Assembly (NCBI GenBank): GCA_963832745.1
Contig: CAWHVC010000001.1
Span: 32,001 to 96,000 of the forward strand
Length of the DNA: 64,000 bases
DNA from: Candidatus Bathyarchaeota archaeon
GTDB lineage: Archaea > Thermoproteota > Bathyarchaeia > Bathyarchaeales > Bathycorpusculaceae
Reading direction: 5' to 3'
The notes beneath the pieces are model-generated. The model was given only the letters and a program-made list of their open reading frames with translations, was not told where the DNA came from and did not search any database. Shown piece by piece: positions 61,044 through 64,000 of this stretch. Numbering within the stretch: the stretch's first letter is position 1; each line of letters starts with the position of its first letter. The position numbers and the translations under genes were made by a program.

Positions 61044-61681
61044 AAAACCCGTGTATGAAAAGAAAAGCAGCATGTTTAACGTTAATTATTGTTTTATTAA
61101 CCGTTTGTACAGTTAACGCAGTTTATGCGGCAGATACTGTTGTGAAGGCTGAAGCGTCGGTTAGTCAACCGAAAATCGGTGACACCTTAACAGTGAACAT
61201 TACAATTAGTGACGTGCAGAATCTTTACGGTGTTGATGTGGAGTTAGGCTGGAACCCAGTTGTGCTTAGTCTTGTTAACGCAAAGTCGATGTTGGGTGTT
61301 GAAGCAAACCCCGGCGGAGTTCTCCACGAATCAGGCACCGACACACTACTGATAGCTGAAAACGAAGCGTCACAAGAAACCGGCCAATACACCCTAACCG
61401 CAACCTCCACAGGCTCCTCGCCAGCGTTCAGCGGCAGCGGCACAATCGCCACCCTAACGTTTAACGTAACCAGCGCAGGCCAAACCAGCTTAACCCTGCA
61501 GTCAGAACTTGCAGACCACCCAGCCGCAGACGAAACATCCAACTTTATCAACCACACAGACACAGCCGACAACATAACAACAATAGTACCAGAATTCCCA
61601 ACAATAGCAGCCATAACCATTCTCCTAATAGCCGCCACGGCAGCCCTAATTGTAACAAAAAAACAAACAACAAAACCCTAA
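61040..61681 (+). CDS. cohesin-like protein with PEF-CTERM anchor
   Basis: GDTLTVNITI..V.NLYG...L.WNP.VL, FSGSGTIATLTF, VPEFP-TM-KK; ATGA overlap with the regulator. Confidence 0.82.
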   Translation: MKNPCMKRKAACLTLIIVLLTVCTVNAVYAADTVVKAEASVSQPKIGDTLTVNITISDVQNLYGVDVELGWNPVVLSLVNAKSMLGVEANPGGVLHESGTDTLLIAENEASQETGQYTLTATSTGSSPAFSGSGTIATLTFNVTSAGQTSLTLQSELADHPAADETSNFINHTDTADNITTIVPEFPTIAAITILLIAATAALIVTKKQTTKP

Positions 61682-61843
61682 ACTCCCTTCTTAATTAAAC
61701 CCAACAAGAAAACTGCATAGACCTACACAAACATGAGCACCTTCAACAATAGTTATGACATAAAACGCGCACACTTAATGTACCATGGGGGCGGAAACAA
61801 CTTCTACATAATAGACTTGCCCTTTTTATTTTCTATAGTATAA

Positions 61844-61966
61844 ACGAGTGGTCTTAACTACCATACGAGACAGCAAAGAGGGTGAGTAAACGTAAGGTTC
61901 CATTTCGCTCTTTAACCGACCTCTCCCCTTATCAAATGTTGCTGTTCTTCGCCATCCTCTTTCGTT
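61844..61966. ncRNA. candidate structured RNA, long hairpin copy B
   Basis: AACGA/TCGTT, ACAGCAA/TTGCTGT, TAAGG/CCTTA stems; same motif order as 40106-40222. Confidence 0.45.
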
Positions 61967-62162
61967 GCTATTCCGCGACATATTTGAGCCCAATTGCATT
62001 TGGTCGATTGTTTAGTGTTTTTATTTTAGGGCTTTTTTAACCCCCAAAATTGTTTTTACGGTTGGTTTGGGTTGTTTAGTTTTTGGGCGGGATGTGTTTC
62101 CTGTTTGGGGGTCATGCTAGTGCCCGGCTGTATTGTGCTGTTCGCTGCTTTACTTTTCATGT

Positions 62163-62233
62163 CAACCTATTTGGATCCTATTAGAAATAGTATGCAGAAA
62201 CCTAAGGGGGTGGGTAGAAACTGTAGGGGTAGG
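62163..62233 (+). repeat. dispersed intergenic repeat, copy 3
   Basis: CAACCTATTTGGATCCTATTAG...TATGCAGAAACCTAAGGGGGT...GGGGTAGG. Confidence 0.75.
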
Positions 62234-62235
62234 CT

Positions 62236-62943
62236 CTACCTGTGCTTTTTCGGTCCATTAGCTTGTTGAAAAACGCTCTTTAACGAGCCAATCCAAATCC
62301 AGTAAACCAAGAAAACTGAACGCAAAACAAGATGCTGCACCACCACGCGGTAATCCCGGAAAGGCACAAAAAAACGGTTAAACCTGTCAAAAGCGTGCCG
62401 TTTATGCGTTACAAAGACGCGGGCTACTTCGTTATCTATTTTTGCCATTTGACACATTTTAGGGTTATACAATGCGTGGACATGAGGAATGTGCCGTGCC
62501 AAGCTGTTTGGAACTCTCCTAAACCGTAACCCCGCATCAATCGCGCGTTGATAAAAATCTCCATCCTCAAAATAGTACTTCAAACTTGAATCAAAACCGC
62601 CAACACGCCAATAATCCTCCAGCCAAATCGCAAACACCCTACTACACGCACGCCCATCAACACATTGAAACGCAAACTCCCCTCGCTCAAGCCCACAAAG
62701 CCAATCCCAAATCTTCGAAGACAATACCAAATCATCATTAAACTGAACCATCAAACCCGAACCGCCAAACACTTTAGCAGCTACGTTACGGGCGTTACCA
62801 AAACCTGCGGCGCCACAAACAATTAACCTGTAACGGTACGGGCAATTTAGTGTTTCGAATGTTTTTATTTTGTTTAAAGGCTTGTTAGAAACAACCACGA
62901 TGTTCAAGGATGCTGCATTCAATATTCCGATCCTCACAATCAA
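62236..62943 (-). CDS. glycosyltransferase family 2-like protein
   Basis: ARN, FNDD, VGGFD...YFEDGDF..R. Confidence 0.8.
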   Translation of the reverse strand: MIVRIGILNAASLNIVVVSNKPLNKIKTFETLNCPYRYRLIVCGAAGFGNARNVAAKVFGGSGLMVQFNDDLVLSSKIWDWLCGLERGEFAFQCVDGRACSRVFAIWLEDYWRVGGFDSSLKYYFEDGDFYQRAIDAGLRFRRVPNSLARHIPHVHALYNPKMCQMAKIDNEVARVFVTHKRHAFDRFNRFFVPFRDYRVVVQHLVLRSVFLVYWIWIGSLKSVFQQANGPKKHR

Positions 62944-63262
62944 CTTTTAACCAAAAAATTAGTTCACTTCAATGAGCATAAATCTCTACATATTAACACA
63001 TTTTTTAAGTTAAAAACAATTTTCATCAAATTCTGCCAAGTTAACGTCAACACCCTACAGCAAACAAAAAAACCGCCTTATCAAACTAAAACAATTCCAA
63101 CACCAACAGAACCAAAACCAACAATCACCCACAAAACTGAAGAAAACCATGCCAAACTCCACCGATAACAGCGCACAAGAAAACAAACAACAAAAACAAC
63201 CCAAATAACAAAAACCGAAAACAAAAAAATAAATGTTTATAAGCAAAGACTGCAACGTAGTG

Positions 63263-63390
63263 GTAGGTTTGCCGGCCAGAGGACTCGGGTTCCACCTGAT
63301 CCCATTCCGAACTCAGAAGTTAAACCGTGTTCCGTTTCCAACTGTAGTGCGGTCTTCGGCCGCGTGAAATTGGGAAAGCTGGCTACCTAC
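63263..63390 (+). rRNA. rrf: 5S ribosomal RNA
   Basis: CCTGATCCCATTCCGAACTCAGAAGTTAA core; GTAGGT/ACCTAC terminal helix; TTTATAA box about 25 nt upstream; ends approximate. Confidence 0.93.
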
Positions 63391-63532
63391 TTGTTTTAAC
63401 TTTTAAATTAGGCAAATTTAAAGGTATATTTGGCATAGCTTTATAACTAAGCGGTAGTAGTTTTTTTGAGAAGTGGTGTAAAAAGTGACTTTAATCCCCA
63501 CAAGCGACTCAATAACTCGATTAACATTAAAC

Positions 63533-64000
63533 ATGCCTATTCACACAAACCAACTCTTTGGCGGTGGTGGCGCAAACGATTGGACAACATACCTAAGTTT
63601 GCTCACCTACGTATTCTTCATCGTCCTAATCTTCTACGGCCAAAGAATCCAAATGTACGTGATGATACGAGAAGTAGAAAACCATCTACATAAACTCAAA
63701 TTCATCAAAGAAGAAGGCCGCAAAACCGCCATAGAAGTAATAAAAGAAATCGGCAAACCAACCACCGACATATCACCACGTGTCGACAGATACCTAGACT
63801 ACTTCACAATCAGCCCACAAAACATGGACCCAGCGGGCATCGTAGGCAAACTCGACTACATCCTTGACGTACGAGACGAACGCTTAAAAGACGAAGTAAA
63901 ACTTATGGCCCCACAATGCGACGAAGTACAAATCAACAACATGGAAAACACCCTCGAAGCCGCAATGGCACTCAACTATCTCTACAAAGTAGTAAGACAC
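63533..64000 (+). CDS. DUF1512-like membrane-anchored protein (runs off window)
   Basis: open frame MPIHTNQ...TM...YGQRIQ...MDPAGIV.KL...YKVVRH. Confidence 0.8.
   Translation, partial: MPIHTNQLFGGGGANDWTTYLSLLTYVFFIVLIFYGQRIQMYVMIREVENHLHKLKFIKEEGRKTAIEVIKEIGKPTTDISPRVDRYLDYFTISPQNMDPAGIVGKLDYILDVRDERLKDEVKLMAPQCDEVQINNMENTLEAAMALNYLYKVVRH

Noticed and set aside
358-61638. Many short antisense or alternate-frame ORFs (e.g. 3285..3698, 4107..4418, 17875..18147, 54932..55279, 61225..61638)
   Set aside because: Shadows of well-supported genes with no motifs of their own
63055-63255. 66-aa F/C-rich ORF
   Set aside because: Reverse reading of an A/C-rich tract overlapping the 5S promoter
1-64000. 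CRISPR array, cas genes, transposase, integrase or provirus
   Set aside because: No regular repeat-spacer array and no recognisable motifs for these proteins

Overview
64-kb stretch of an AT-rich archaeal chromosome, most likely Bathyarchaeia (inferred from fwdDBAC, archaeal pheST/pelota/rps12-rps7, a BHB-intron tRNA and many membrane-anchored surface paralogues). Core genes: proBA, K+-independent-type membrane pyrophosphatase, pelota, rps12/rps7, DRG GTPase, fwdDBAC with fdhD/mobA/two mobB, glucan phosphorylase, pheST, PfkA, a two-intron tRNA-Tyr and a free-standing 5S rRNA. No CRISPR array, transposase or integrase was seen. Four genes carry single-base frameshifts in short homopolymers, probably sequencing errors. 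The most notable unexplained structure: (1) a divergent module of a dockerin-like secreted protein, a transmembrane wHTH sensor and a PEF-anchored cohesin, with 10-bp-phased GTTCA repeats; (2) two related ~120-nt long hairpins, one beside a ModE-like palindrome between the mobB genes; (3) a reductase-adenylation fusion in reverse CAR order; (4) a chimeric ABC ATPase made by a local duplication; (5) a dispersed intergenic repeat; (6) small ORFs missed by the ORF track. All family assignments are by motif recognition, not database search.
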